Shown: in pieces, positions 35,863-45,162 of the stretch
Layout of the letters: every line of letters begins with the position of its first letter
Numbering within the stretch: position 1 is the first letter of the stretch
Assembly: GCA_028282645.1 (NCBI GenBank)
Contig: JANQHM010000169.1
Location: forward strand, 1 to 49,249
Source: Candidatus Gastranaerophilales bacterium
GTDB taxonomy: Bacteria; Cyanobacteriota; Vampirovibrionia; Gastranaerophilales; JANQFW01
Direction: 5' to 3'
Length of the DNA stretch: 49,249 nucleotides
Position numbers and translations under genes: made by a program
Notes under the pieces: model-generated
Told to the model about the DNA's origin: nothing
What the model saw: the letters and a program-made list of their open reading frames with translations, nothing else
Databases searched by the model: none

Positions 35863-36825
35863 CTACTCCACAAACACGCCCATATTACGGAACTTATCAT
35901 ATCTGGAGTTTTTAATAAATTCTTTACCCTTGGTGCTGAATATATTAATACAGTTTATTATGGTTTCTTTTAATTGTTTAGCAGTATATTCGGGGTCGTA
36001 ATGCGCACCGCCTAAAGGTTCTTTAATAACGCCGTCAACAATATCAAACTTCATCAAATCAGTGGCAGTAATTTTCAACGCTTCAGCCGCAGTGGAAGTA
36101 TGCTCAGGGCTTCTCCATAAAATAGAAGCACACCCTTCAGGCGAAATAACCGTATAATAAGCATGTTCAAGCATAAATACTTTGTTAGCCACCCCAAGAC
36201 CCAAAGCCCCGCCAGAACAGCCTTCACCGGTAATAACTGCAATAATAGGCACGGTTAACTTTGCCATTTCTCTGAGATTAGTGGCAATAGCAACACCTTG
36301 ACCGGTTTGTTCGGCTTTTATGCCGGGATAAGCACCGGGTGTATCAATTAAGGTAATAATAGGCAAGCCAAAACGCTCAGCGTGATAGAAAAGTCTTAGT
36401 GCTTTTCTGTAACCTTCGGGTTGTGGCATACCAAAGTTGCATTTTAGATTTTCTTTGGTGTTCTTGCCTTTTTGCGTACCGACCACCACAGCAGAATGCC
36501 CGTCAATACAGGCAACCCCGCCGATGATTGCTCTGTCATCAGTACCGGCTCTGTCTCCGTGTAATTCAACCCAATCATTAGCTAATAAGGATATATAATC
36601 AGTAAAATTAGGACGATTAGGATGTCTGGCAATCTGGATTTTTTGTGATGGTGTTAAGCTTGAATATAATTCTTCTTTAAATTCTTTTGCCTGTACTGTC
36701 AGTGTCTCTATTTGATCACTTAAATCAATTCCGGTTTCACCGCTTAAAGCTTTTAATTCTTCTATTTTAGCTTCTATCTGAAAAATTGATTTCTCAAACT
36801 CAAGAGGTTTAATATCTTTAATCAT
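35863..36825 (-). CDS. accA: Acetyl-CoA carboxylase carboxyltransferase alpha subunit
   Basis: ARHPNRP...DYI, GGVA.IDG..V.V.G.QKG, FGMP.PEGYRKALR, IDTPGAYPG..AE..GQ, GEG.SGGAL. Confidence 0.95.
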   Translation of the reverse strand: MIKDIKPLEFEKSIFQIEAKIEELKALSGETGIDLSDQIETLTVQAKEFKEELYSSLTPSQKIQIARHPNRPNFTDYISLLANDWVELHGDRAGTDDRAIIGGVACIDGHSAVVVGTQKGKNTKENLKCNFGMPQPEGYRKALRLFYHAERFGLPIITLIDTPGAYPGIKAEQTGQGVAIATNLREMAKLTVPIIAVITGEGCSGGALGLGVANKVFMLEHAYYTVISPEGCASILWRSPEHTSTAAEALKITATDLMKFDIVDGVIKEPLGGAHYDPEYTAKQLKETIINCINIFSTKGKEFIKNSRYDKFRNMGVFVE

Positions 36826-37732
36826 TTACCGCTACCTCTTCCTGTATTTCTATTTTACAATTATTTTTACAAGAATGTATTCTGATTAACTTAGCAACAG
36901 TATTTTTAAGATCTTTTCTGTGGCTTACAAGATCAACCTGGCCGTATTTTAAAAGGTATTCAGCAGTCTGAAAGTTAGCAGGCAACTTCTGTCTGATAGT
37001 TTGCTCAATAACCCTTCTTCCCGCAAAGCCTATTCTAGCACCCTGTTCTGCAATAATAATATCACCAAGAGTTCCATAACTTGCAGTTACACCTCCAAAT
37101 GTAGGCTCCGCAAGAACTGTCATATAAAGTACGCCAGCCTCATTTGCTCTAGCAATTGCACAACTGGTTTTAGCCATCTGCATCAAGCTCAAAGCACTTT
37201 CCTGCATTCTGGCCCCACCGGAAGATGTAATAACAACAATAGGTATATGCCTTCTAACGCCTTCTTCAATAAGCCTGGTAATTTTTTCACCAACAACACT
37301 GCCCATACTGCCGCCCATATAAGCGAAATCCATAACTGCAACCGCTGTTTTGTAACCTTTAATTTGACCGATACCGGTAATAACAGCATCATTTAAGCTT
37401 GACTGAACTTTAGCCTTTTTTTGTCTTACTTTGTAGCTAACAGTATCAATAAATTCAAGAGGATCAGACGGTAACATGCCGGAATTTATTTCATCAAAAG
37501 TATTTTCATCCAAAAACTGCTCAACTCTGGTGCGCGCATCAATTCTGAAATGATAATCGCATTTAGGGCATATAAACAGATTTTTTTCTAAATCTTTAGA
37601 TGGCAAACTAGCATTGCAGTTATAGCATTTTGTCCACAATTTCGACAAATCATCACAACTCATTCTTGATTCTACTTTAGTGCTATCAAGATTTTTTTTG
37701 ACTCTTTGCGAAAACCAATCTCGTAAACTCAT
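36818..37732 (-). CDS. accD: Acetyl-CoA carboxylase carboxyltransferase beta subunit
   Basis: N-terminal zinc ribbon C.NC.....L......CPKCDYH, then MGGSMGSVVGEK and SGGARMQE. Overlaps accA by 8 nt. Confidence 0.95.
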   Translation of the reverse strand: MSLRDWFSQRVKKNLDSTKVESRMSCDDLSKLWTKCYNCNASLPSKDLEKNLFICPKCDYHFRIDARTRVEQFLDENTFDEINSGMLPSDPLEFIDTVSYKVRQKKAKVQSSLNDAVITGIGQIKGYKTAVAVMDFAYMGGSMGSVVGEKITRLIEEGVRRHIPIVVITSSGGARMQESALSLMQMAKTSCAIARANEAGVLYMTVLAEPTFGGVTASYGTLGDIIIAEQGARIGFAGRRVIEQTIRQKLPANFQTAEYLLKYGQVDLVSHRKDLKNTVAKLIRIHSCKNNCKIEIQEEVAVND

Positions 37733-37807
37733 TTATTATTCCTCTTAACGATTATTTTTTATTATAGAATATTAATTATAATGTAGCACAAACATTTTAA
37801 GCAGTAA

Positions 37808-39493
37808 TTATTTTTTATCTACCAGCTTCAGCTTGTCAAACTCCACACCTGTTCGACCTGAACCCATTAGCATGTCAAATCCGAAGAGCGAACGCCTTCT
37901 AACAATATCATAGCCCATTTTAAACTTAAAATCTTCTGAGCCAACTTTAACATAAAACTGGTTTTCGGTAGCAAATCGACTTTCCCAGTTATCTTCGGTA
38001 ATGTTAAAGTGGGCCAAGTGGCCAAGACTAAAGGATTTATTTATATCAACTTCTTCTCTGATTATGACGCTGCTTTTACCTTGATTATACCTGTCAAATA
38101 AAAACGGCGAATCACCATAAGTAGCGGCCTGAAAGTAAGTAGTAGATAACCTTAGCCTGTCAGCTAAATTGCTTCTAAGATTAGGGCCTACTCTAACCAG
38201 GCCAAAAGTGTCACCATTGCCGTAAGCCGCTATTTGTCCTTGTGAGACCAACCTGAATTCCAAAAATTCATCTTTTATCTTAAAAATAGGTTTGTCATTA
38301 ATCAATGTAGATTGCATCTGAAACCTGCCGGTCCCAAAGTCCCTTGCATAATCTTGAGCATAGCCCGCGCTTGATCTTAAAAACAAGTTAAAGTTCAAAG
38401 CTGCGCTCAAGAGCCTGTCATCGACTATTTCAGCAATATACTTAGGTTTTTTCTTTCCAAAAAATCCGTTATCAATATAAGAATTAGATCCGTAAAGGAT
38501 TTTAGTATTTTTGCCCCACAGATCCTGCTCACCCTCAACAACAACTTTATCACCGGAAGTTGTATAAGCAACTTCTGTTTGGTTAGTTGCATTCATAAAT
38601 CGTGCATATCCGCCAAGGCCGATAGCTTCATTGCCTGCAAATCCAAACAAAGGAGCTAGTTTAAGCGTAGAGGCAAAAGGCGTGCTAAAAACATAGCTTG
38701 GTCCCACATATCCTCCAAGTTCTTTAGAACGCCCAATAACGGGCAGCATTGTTTCAACTCTTTTTAACTCTTTGTCAGTTGACAGTTTTAAAGAAGGAAC
38801 TGTAGCAAGGTTAAACTTTCCAAATTTAAATTTTGTCCTTTTTAAAGTTATTTGGTTTTTATTAGCGTAACAAGTTATATTTACTTCTTTTGCGCTAATC
38901 TTATAACTTGGCACTTCCTGCTTTTCAGGTGCTGTCAAGACTTTTTCAGTACCTAAATTAGTTAAAGGTTCAGGTACATATACATTAGAAGTTAAAGTTA
39001 ATTTTAAGTCTTCGTTATTTACAAGCAGTTTACCATTGCTAAGAATTAAACTTTTAGGATAAATATCCGCTTTTTCCGCACTTATTTTTACTTTTAAAAT
39101 AACAGTATCAGGATGATCGATAAGTGCAGACTCTTTAGTTAAGTCCACTTTTGCAAAATTACCATGAATAACGTTGCCGTTCTTAATTATTTTCACTTTA
39201 TCTTCAGCAACCAACGTGTTTTTATCCTGGTCAAAAGTAATTTTTCCTGCTTCCAGGCTTGCATCCTTATCCTTTAAATATATTTTTGCATTGCCTGTAG
39301 CTACAAACAAATTTTTTTCTTCAAAGTATTCCAGCTTATCGCTTTTCATATTTACAATTACTGCTTTTTTATTAATTGCAGTTTGATTGTTATTAGCTTT
39401 ACCTAACTTCAATCCAAGTGCCTGAGGCGAATTTAACCCTGATAAAACAACCCCCAAGATAATAAAACAACTTAATAATTTAAGATTATGCAT
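37808..39493 (-). CDS. OstA/LptD-like outer-membrane protein
   Basis: Signal peptide. N-terminal OstA-like beta-jellyroll pattern (SDKLEY.....L.VATGNAKIY......L.AGKITFDQ....LVAEDKVKI..NG....G). About 400-aa beta-rich C-terminal region. Confidence 0.5.
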   Translation of the reverse strand: MHNLKLLSCFIILGVVLSGLNSPQALGLKLGKANNNQTAINKKAVIVNMKSDKLEYFEEKNLFVATGNAKIYLKDKDASLEAGKITFDQDKNTLVAEDKVKIIKNGNVIHGNFAKVDLTKESALIDHPDTVILKVKISAEKADIYPKSLILSNGKLLVNNEDLKLTLTSNVYVPEPLTNLGTEKVLTAPEKQEVPSYKISAKEVNITCYANKNQITLKRTKFKFGKFNLATVPSLKLSTDKELKRVETMLPVIGRSKELGGYVGPSYVFSTPFASTLKLAPLFGFAGNEAIGLGGYARFMNATNQTEVAYTTSGDKVVVEGEQDLWGKNTKILYGSNSYIDNGFFGKKKPKYIAEIVDDRLLSAALNFNLFLRSSAGYAQDYARDFGTGRFQMQSTLINDKPIFKIKDEFLEFRLVSQGQIAAYGNGDTFGLVRVGPNLRSNLADRLRLSTTYFQAATYGDSPFLFDRYNQGKSSVIIREEVDINKSFSLGHLAHFNITEDNWESRFATENQFYVKVGSEDFKFKMGYDIVRRRSLFGFDMLMGSGRTGVEFDKLKLVDKK

Positions 39494-39626
39494 AGCCTTC
39501 CCAATTCTCTATAACACAGAATATAATATAACTCAACACAAATATAAAAGAAAACCATCAAAAATACCAGTATTTTTTATTAAACATTTATTACAATAAA
39601 GTTTTTGTTCATTATTTTAATCTTTA

Positions 39627-39700
39627 TATTCTGCTTCAAAATTAAATAATAACAATTTTTTTTATTTTTAGTTTTAATAAAAATGTAAAAAATTTTTAAC
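39627..39700 (-). repeat. Repeat family B fragment B12 (degenerate)
   Basis: TATTCTGCTTCAAAATTAAAT matches the B6 end (TATTCTGCTTCAAAGTTAAAT). The remainder matches only loosely. Confidence 0.3.
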
Positions 39701-39719
39701 ATAGGGAAAGAATGTAAAA

Positions 39720-40325
39720 ATGATTATAAATAAATTAATATCTACTCATGGCTTTCAAATAAATAGAAATAAAAATAATATGGCGTCACAAACAACTAAA
39801 CATGATATTTTTGAGTTTAGTAAAAATTCTGTTTTAAAAAGAGATTTAGTAAACTTTAGAGGGGCAAGCTCTTCACAAATTAATGTAGATGATTTAATAG
39901 CCAAGCTTAAAAATGAAGATAATAGAGAAAATACAGCAGAACAACTGGCTAATATTAAAGATCCGAAATTACAAAAAGAAGTTGTAGAAAAATTAACCGG
40001 CAATAAAAATGGTCTTGAGCATCCTTATATACAAGTAATAAGACTATCAGCAGAAGTACTTGGCAATATAGGAGTTGCTACTGATGATCAGAAGCTGGTA
40101 AAACAAATTATAACAGCCTTAACAAAAAAGGGGCAAGGGATTCACTCCTGTTATCAAATAATAGCTAACGCCTCTAAAGAAGCTTTAGAGAAGTTAAAAA
40201 ATAAAAAAGGCAATTTGAATTTTGAAAATACGACTATTTCTGAAGAAATAACAAAAGTACTTGAACAAGCAGAAGTAGGTGAACAAAATTTTTATAATGG
40301 TAAAAAAATATTAAGTAAGGAATAA
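39720..40325 (+). CDS. Hypothetical protein with HEAT/ARM-like helical repeats
   Basis: DDLIAKLKNEDNRENTAEQLANIKDPK....VE.L and IRLSAEVLGNIG resemble HEAT_2/PBS-lyase-type repeats. Start uncertain (alternative Met 21). Confidence 0.45.
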   Translation: MIINKLISTHGFQINRNKNNMASQTTKHDIFEFSKNSVLKRDLVNFRGASSSQINVDDLIAKLKNEDNRENTAEQLANIKDPKLQKEVVEKLTGNKNGLEHPYIQVIRLSAEVLGNIGVATDDQKLVKQIITALTKKGQGIHSCYQIIANASKEALEKLKNKKGNLNFENTTISEEITKVLEQAEVGEQNFYNGKKILSKE

Positions 40326-40337
40326 AAAATTTTTTAC

Positions 40338-41006
40338 TTAATTTTGTTTATTATTTTTGTTTATTGTGTTTTTGTAAACTTTTGCTAAAGCAAGAGCAGC
40401 AGAGCTTCTTACTACAGGTTGGGGGTCTTCCAGTTTATTAATAATTGACTCTAAAATTTTATGGGGATCAAGAGGGTGTAATTCTGATATTTCTCCAATG
40501 CAGGTAAGTGCGGCATTGCGCTTTATCCAGTTTTCATCGTTAATCGAAGCAAGAAGAGGATTAATTGCGGGTAATCCAATTTTAGCCAAAGACTGAATAA
40601 CTTTGTCCCTAACTGTATTATCATCCTTTTCCAGCAGATTTATCAATGGTGTTATAGCTTCTTTACAATTGATTTCTCCTAGTGCAAAAATAGCTGATAA
40701 CACAACCGAAGAGCTTTTATCATTTAATAAGCTTATTAAAGGCTGTTTTATATCTACTAAGCCTGTAGTATCAATTGCACGTGGCATAACAATCCGGCCA
40801 CCGTCACGATATCGATAGCCGGCTAATTGTATTGCATTTATAGCTTTTTCCAGGGTAGAAAAAGACATAGTGCTGTTACCATTGGGATGAGGAACTTTTT
40901 TAGCGACTTTATCAGATAAATTTATGCTTAGCGCAGGAATTGTGTAGACTTCTATTTCACTGCCATTCTTTTTAACTTTATTTTTCTTTATTGGTATTAT
41001 GTCCAT
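40338..41006 (-). CDS. HEAT-repeat (PBS-lyase-type) protein
   Basis: Three or four repeats of the ..L..LL.D....VR..A..ALG.IG...AI.PL type (LISLLNDKSSSVVLSAIFALGEI..KEAITPLINLLEKDDNTVRDKVIQSLAKIG..AINPLLASINDENWIKRNAALTCIGEI). Confidence 0.7.
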   Translation of the reverse strand: MDIIPIKKNKVKKNGSEIEVYTIPALSINLSDKVAKKVPHPNGNSTMSFSTLEKAINAIQLAGYRYRDGGRIVMPRAIDTTGLVDIKQPLISLLNDKSSSVVLSAIFALGEINCKEAITPLINLLEKDDNTVRDKVIQSLAKIGLPAINPLLASINDENWIKRNAALTCIGEISELHPLDPHKILESIINKLEDPQPVVRSSAALALAKVYKNTINKNNKQN

Positions 41007-41047
41007 ATTATAACTTTATTATTTTTTTTACCAGTATAAATATATTT

Positions 41048-41140
41048 GGTAGTGGTCAGTTGAGTACTGATGCTTACAAGTAAATTTAAGTTGTATCAAA
41101 AGCTTACAGCGATAACATAAGAAAGGTGATGACCATCACC
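41048..41140 (+). mobile_element. MITE family A copy
   Basis: Exact 8-bp TSD ATATATTT at 41040-41047 and 41141-41148. Carries the subfamily variants TAAATTTAAGTTGTATC and GCGATAAC, shared only with 41210-41303. Confidence 0.9.
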
Positions 41141-41209
41141 ATATATTTTACTTATAATTCAATTTCATAGTAACAAATTCAAATTTTTTGTACAACTATT
41201 TTATTTTTT

Positions 41210-41303
41210 GGTAGTGGTCAGTTGAGTACTGATGCTTACAAGTAAATTTAAGTTGTATCAAAAGCTTACAGCGATAACATAAGAAAGGTGATGACCATCT
41301 ACC
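41210..41303 (+). mobile_element. MITE family A copy
   Basis: Exact 8-bp TSD TATTTTTT at 41202-41209 and 41304-41311. Same subfamily variants as 41048-41140. One extra T in the right TIR (CATCTACC). Confidence 0.9.
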
Positions 41304-41318
41304 TATTTTTTATAATTT

Positions 41319-41350
41319 TATACTGGTACTCAATTAAATTTCCGATTTTT
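41319..41350 (-). repeat. Repeat family B end fragment B13
   Basis: TATACTGGTACTCAATTAAATTTCCGATTTTT matches the TATACTGGT..CAATTAAATTTCAG end. Confidence 0.5.
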
Positions 41351-41357
41351 CGTTAGG

Positions 41358-41397
41358 AATAAAAATTTGGCCGGAGGGTATATAACCTCCGACCAAA
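41358..41397 (-). terminator. Rho-independent terminator of the SLH-protein gene
   Basis: Minus strand TTTGGTCGGAGG-TTATATA-CCCTCCGGCCAAA followed by TTTTTATT. Confidence 0.75.
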
Positions 41398-41424
41398 CTT
41401 AGGGAACCAGGATATGTGTGAGAA

Positions 41425-43863
41425 TTATTGACAACCAAACGCTATGGATATGATTTCGTTAGGATTCACACTGGATATTAAACTTCCTTTAGGGTTAACT
41501 AAGTAAGCAACTTCTGTCACAGGAACTGCAACGATACCGCCAGCGCCACTGAATACTGTTCTAGCCATATTGAAAGGACCTTTCACCAAGCCGGCTGTAC
41601 CTTCTATAACACTTCTTCCCATAGCTCTGAATTTACCCTGGAATAGTTCACTTCCTCCGGTACCTACGCCATTAAAGAATTGCTCAGTTGCGTTACCTGC
41701 AATGATTGTTGCTCCACCAACCGTTCTTCCTGCAATACCTAAAACTCTACCGGCCAAGTTAAATGGCATTTGAACTGTTCTTGCCACAAAGTTAGGCTTG
41801 TGAGTTTCTTGTACTACTGCAGAAAGAATTTCTTGAGGTAAAACAGCTTTTTGTTTTTCTGCCTTAACTTCTGTGAATGCAACTTTTAAAGCACCTTTAC
41901 TTCTGCCTTTAGGACGAATTACTTCTACAACTTTACCGTTTACACGAGAACCTTTAGGGAATGACATGTTGTTTATTGTAATTGCTTCTAAAGTTTTGCC
42001 TGCAAATTTGTCGCCAACTTGACTGCTTCTGGCTGATAGTTGGTCTTCGATTTTAACGCTTAATGTAGGAGCATTCATTGTTACTTTTTGCGGCACATAA
42101 GCTGCTGCACCGGTTACTTGAGGTTCAGGCTCTTCCAGCGCTAAATCTTGCCTGATTTGAGCTGCCATTTTTGTTACTTCTGCTCTGGTTATATTGTCAT
42201 CAGGTCTGATTTGATTACCGTCAGGTAATTCACAATATAAACCGGCTTTTAATGCTTCTGCAACAGATTTTTCTGCCCATTCAGGAACTTGATAGCCATC
42301 AGGATACTGACTTAGAACTTTTTTAGCTTCTGTACTGTCAAGTTTACCAGGGATAGCTTTTGCTAATACGTTTAGAGCTTCAGCTTTTGTTATGGTTTCT
42401 TGTGGTCTGAATGTATTGTCGGGGAAACCAGCAATTAAGCCTTCATCAAAAGCTATTTCGATATCTTGCTTAGCCCAGTGGTTAGTACTGACGTCTCTAA
42501 ACTTTTTAGCAGGATTTCTTAATTTGCCGTTGTCTAAATTTAAAGCAGATACTAATAAACTTGCAAATTCAGCCCTTGTGATTGCATCACAAGCTCTAAA
42601 CGAGTTATCAGGGTAACCTGCAACTATGCCTTTACATGCAAGTTTTTCGATATCGCACTTTGCCCATAGATTTGAAGGCACATCATTAAAGTTTCTTGCA
42701 AGACAAGCAGCCGCACCTGTAATCTGAGGGGCGCAAGGTACTAAAGCCACTATTTCATAACATGTGCTTTGTTCTGATTGGATTGATATACATTGTTCTG
42801 CTCTGTTTGTTTCGCATTTAGGTACTTTTGAAACCTGTACACCATGTCTCTTCTCTCCGGATTTTGCGCCTAATGATACGCTTGAACCGATGATTTTTTC
42901 AGGGTCGCCGCACAATTGGGCTGCTGCGCCGGTAATGTTTGTAATTGGCTCGGATGAGATTATTTTGTTACAATCTGTTCCAAGTTGTACAATTTCACTT
43001 GAAGCAGGCATTACTATACTTTTACCGCCTATATAAGGATATGCATAAACTTGTCTTTTGATATAGTCGTTGTTTGTGGCTAAGTTAGGACAGTTTACAC
43101 AAACAGGCATATTAGATAATGATTGACAAGTCGGATTTAAGTTTGCAGGTGCCTGAATTACAGGAGTCATCTGCATTGGAGGTACTGCTGCACCTGTGAT
43201 AGGAGCATATGATGTATATGGGTTACATGGATCACATGGCGCAGGGCAAGGTGCCGGACATGTTTGGTATTGATATTGGTAAACAGGAGCCATTTGTATA
43301 GGTTGAGCTGCTGCACCGGTTGGGCACGTTGGGCATGCAGTAGGACAAACCGGTGCAAATTGAGTTATTGGTAATGCTGCTGTAGGACATGGGGTTGGAC
43401 AAGTTTGTTGCGGACATACAGGAACACACTGAGGACATACAGGAGCTGCTGCGCCGGTTGGGCATACAGGACATTGTTGTACTTGCTGTGTCGGGCAATA
43501 TTGTATAGGTGGGCATGGGCATACAGGAGCTGCTGCACCGGTTGGACATACAGGACATTGTTGTACTTGCTGTGTCGGGCAATATTGAACAGGTGGGCAT
43601 GGATATATAGGAGCAGCCGCACCGGTTGGACATACCGGACAGTGTTGCACTTGTTGTGTCGGACAATATTGAACGGGTGGACAATATTGCGCACATGGCT
43701 GTGGACATACCGGTTCACACGGACATGGCTGAGGACACTGAACCTGCTGCGGACAAGGTTGCGGGCATTGCTGCGGACATATACCTTGTGCATTTGTTGC
43801 CGGATTTAATGTAAACATTGAAATTGTTAATACTGCTGCTAATGATAATTTTTTTAAACTCAT
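41425..43863 (-). CDS. Secreted SLH-domain envelope protein with an N-terminal Cys/Pro/Gln-rich repeat region
   Basis: Signal peptide MSLKKLSLAAVLTISMFTLNPATNAQG. About 190 aa of CPQ-type repeats. Three SLH-like segments (FNDVPSNLWAKCDIEKLACKGIVAGYPDNSFR....ITRAEFA; FRDVSTNHWAKQDIEIAFDEGLIAGFPDNTFRP...ITKAEA; VPEWAEKSVAEALKAGL........IRPDDNITRAEV). GGAGG-type RBS. Confidence 0.85.
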   Translation of the reverse strand: MSLKKLSLAAVLTISMFTLNPATNAQGICPQQCPQPCPQQVQCPQPCPCEPVCPQPCAQYCPPVQYCPTQQVQHCPVCPTGAAAPIYPCPPVQYCPTQQVQQCPVCPTGAAAPVCPCPPIQYCPTQQVQQCPVCPTGAAAPVCPQCVPVCPQQTCPTPCPTAALPITQFAPVCPTACPTCPTGAAAQPIQMAPVYQYQYQTCPAPCPAPCDPCNPYTSYAPITGAAVPPMQMTPVIQAPANLNPTCQSLSNMPVCVNCPNLATNNDYIKRQVYAYPYIGGKSIVMPASSEIVQLGTDCNKIISSEPITNITGAAAQLCGDPEKIIGSSVSLGAKSGEKRHGVQVSKVPKCETNRAEQCISIQSEQSTCYEIVALVPCAPQITGAAACLARNFNDVPSNLWAKCDIEKLACKGIVAGYPDNSFRACDAITRAEFASLLVSALNLDNGKLRNPAKKFRDVSTNHWAKQDIEIAFDEGLIAGFPDNTFRPQETITKAEALNVLAKAIPGKLDSTEAKKVLSQYPDGYQVPEWAEKSVAEALKAGLYCELPDGNQIRPDDNITRAEVTKMAAQIRQDLALEEPEPQVTGAAAYVPQKVTMNAPTLSVKIEDQLSARSSQVGDKFAGKTLEAITINNMSFPKGSRVNGKVVEVIRPKGRSKGALKVAFTEVKAEKQKAVLPQEILSAVVQETHKPNFVARTVQMPFNLAGRVLGIAGRTVGGATIIAGNATEQFFNGVGTGGSELFQGKFRAMGRSVIEGTAGLVKGPFNMARTVFSGAGGIVAVPVTEVAYLVNPKGSLISSVNPNEIISIAFGCQ
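43432..43683 (-). repeat. Three tandem 84-nt (28-aa) in-frame repeats inside the SLH-protein gene
   Basis: CPP[VI]QYCPTQQVQ[HQ]CPVCPTGAAAP[IV][YC]P x3. On the + strand, GCTGCTGC[GA]CCGG recurs at 43445, 43529 and 43613 (84-nt period). Confidence 0.9.
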
Positions 43864-44148
43864 TCTTTTTCCTCCCTATTTTGATGCATATATTGTTTTA
43901 TCAAACAAAAGCGGAGTTCTTTTAATAATTTATTTTAATTGCGTTTGAGTTATTTAAATTCCCCCATCGATTATTTTTACTTATTTTTTTACCAGGAAAA
44001 TTTTTTCTTTAGTTAATTGAATTTATGAAGTTATGAAAATTTAATAATTTAATAAACTTTTGAATTATGATTGCTAAACTAACCTAAATTCATTACCCGG
44101 TTAGCTATTTCCTATTTTTTTTATCAGACAAGCTTTAAAAGAAATCAA

Positions 44149-44179
44149 GCAATTATTAAAAAGGAAAATTGTTTATATA
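44149..44179 (+). promoter_or_regulatory. Conserved promoter-like module GCAATTATT-N9-AATTGTTTATATA (upstream of 44307 gene)
   Basis: Same 31-nt module with identical spacing at 45428 and 46667. Ends in a TATATA -10-like hexamer. Lies 128 nt upstream of the ATG. Confidence 0.5.
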
Positions 44180-44306
44180 TATAAAAGATGAGAGAAAAAT
44201 TTAGCTGTTTAATTTTATTTAAAAGAAAAATAAAGAAGAGAATTTTTTTGCTTTTTAATTTTATTTAATGAGAGAGATACAAGATATTTGAGAGGAGAGA
44301 ACGAAT

Positions 44307-45143
44307 ATGGCTAGAGTCGGAGGCAGATCTAAAGGTCGGTCTAGAAGCAGATCTAAAAGCAGATCCAAAAGCAGACCTAAAAGTAGATCAAAAGCGGCAC
44401 CTAGAAAAGCGGCACCTAAAAAAGCGGCACCTAAACAAGCAGCAGCTAAAAAAGCAGCACATAAACAAGCAGCACCTAAAAGATCAGCAGCAAGCGGAGG
44501 AACTCAACCTAAAAAAGGAAGTCCTTTAGCAGCAAAGGATAAAGGTATTTTTAACAGTGCGAAACCTGGAAGTTTTGGAAAAAAGTCAGATCTTGCAAAT
44601 CCGCAATCTCAACTTTCTGATGCATTTAAGCCGGGTATGCCCGGAAGTGCCGCTTCAGGAAGTGGACCGCTTGCTGCAAGCGGAGCACCAGCCGGAGGAA
44701 GCGGACCACTTGCTGCAAACGAAGCTCCAGCCGGAGGAGCAGCACCTGCTGAAGAAGGAGGTGCAGGCGGCGGCTTTGGAGATATATTAGGCGGCTTGGC
44801 TGATGCTGCAATGGGTGCATTAGGATCACTTGGCGGCATGTTTGGCGGCGGCGGCGGTGGTGAAGAAGCCGCACCGACTGAAGGAGGCGGCGGAGCAGGA
44901 GCAGCTCCTCCGGCAGCTGCAGAAGAAACTCCACCACCTGCTGAAGGAGAAGTTCCGCCTGAAGAGGAAATACCTCCTGAATTACTTGACCTGCTTCAAA
45001 CAATAGATCCTGAATTATATGAACAATATATGAATGGAGAAGTTACTGCACAAGAGGTTAAAAGCCTGTATCCCGGAGTGTTTGAAAAAACAGGGGACGG
45101 CGCAGCAGCTGAAGGGGAAGTACCTCCTGTACCCGTCACTTAG
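44307..45143 (+). CDS. Low-complexity protein P1: basic RS/KAAP-repeat N-terminus, Gly/Ala-rich core, acidic Pro/Glu C-terminus
   Basis: GAGAGGAGAG RBS. RSKGRSRSRSKSRSKSRPKSRSK then AAPRKAAPKKAAPKQAAAKKAAHKQAAPK (histone-H1/AlgP-like). No hydrophobic signal sequence. Confidence 0.7.
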   Translation: MARVGGRSKGRSRSRSKSRSKSRPKSRSKAAPRKAAPKKAAPKQAAAKKAAHKQAAPKRSAASGGTQPKKGSPLAAKDKGIFNSAKPGSFGKKSDLANPQSQLSDAFKPGMPGSAASGSGPLAASGAPAGGSGPLAANEAPAGGAAPAEEGGAGGGFGDILGGLADAAMGALGSLGGMFGGGGGGEEAAPTEGGGGAGAAPPAAAEETPPPAEGEVPPEEEIPPELLDLLQTIDPELYEQYMNGEVTAQEVKSLYPGVFEKTGDGAAAEGEVPPVPVT

Positions 45144-45162
45144 AACCGGTATATAAAAGCAA

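Noticed and set aside
35378-36001. 207-aa + strand ORF
   Set aside because: It is entirely antisense to prmA and accA, both of which have clear family motifs. Its composition is F/I/N-rich junk.
43167-43814. Several long ORFs (63-158 aa, both strands and alternative frames) overlapping the 5' part of the SLH-protein gene
   Set aside because: They lie inside the 84-nt tandem-repeat, codon-biased Cys/Pro/Gln region. Their products are repetitive nonsense (for example RTYR.../CSSS...) with no RBS. The frame with a signal peptide, SLH domains and a terminator explains the locus.
44557-45003. Alternative-frame and antisense ORFs within P1; likewise 45516-46392 within P2 and 48034-48666 within P4
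   Set aside because: GC-rich low-complexity coding DNA is open in many frames. Only the annotated frames have strong RBSs at the right distance (and, for P3 and P4, a terminator directly downstream).
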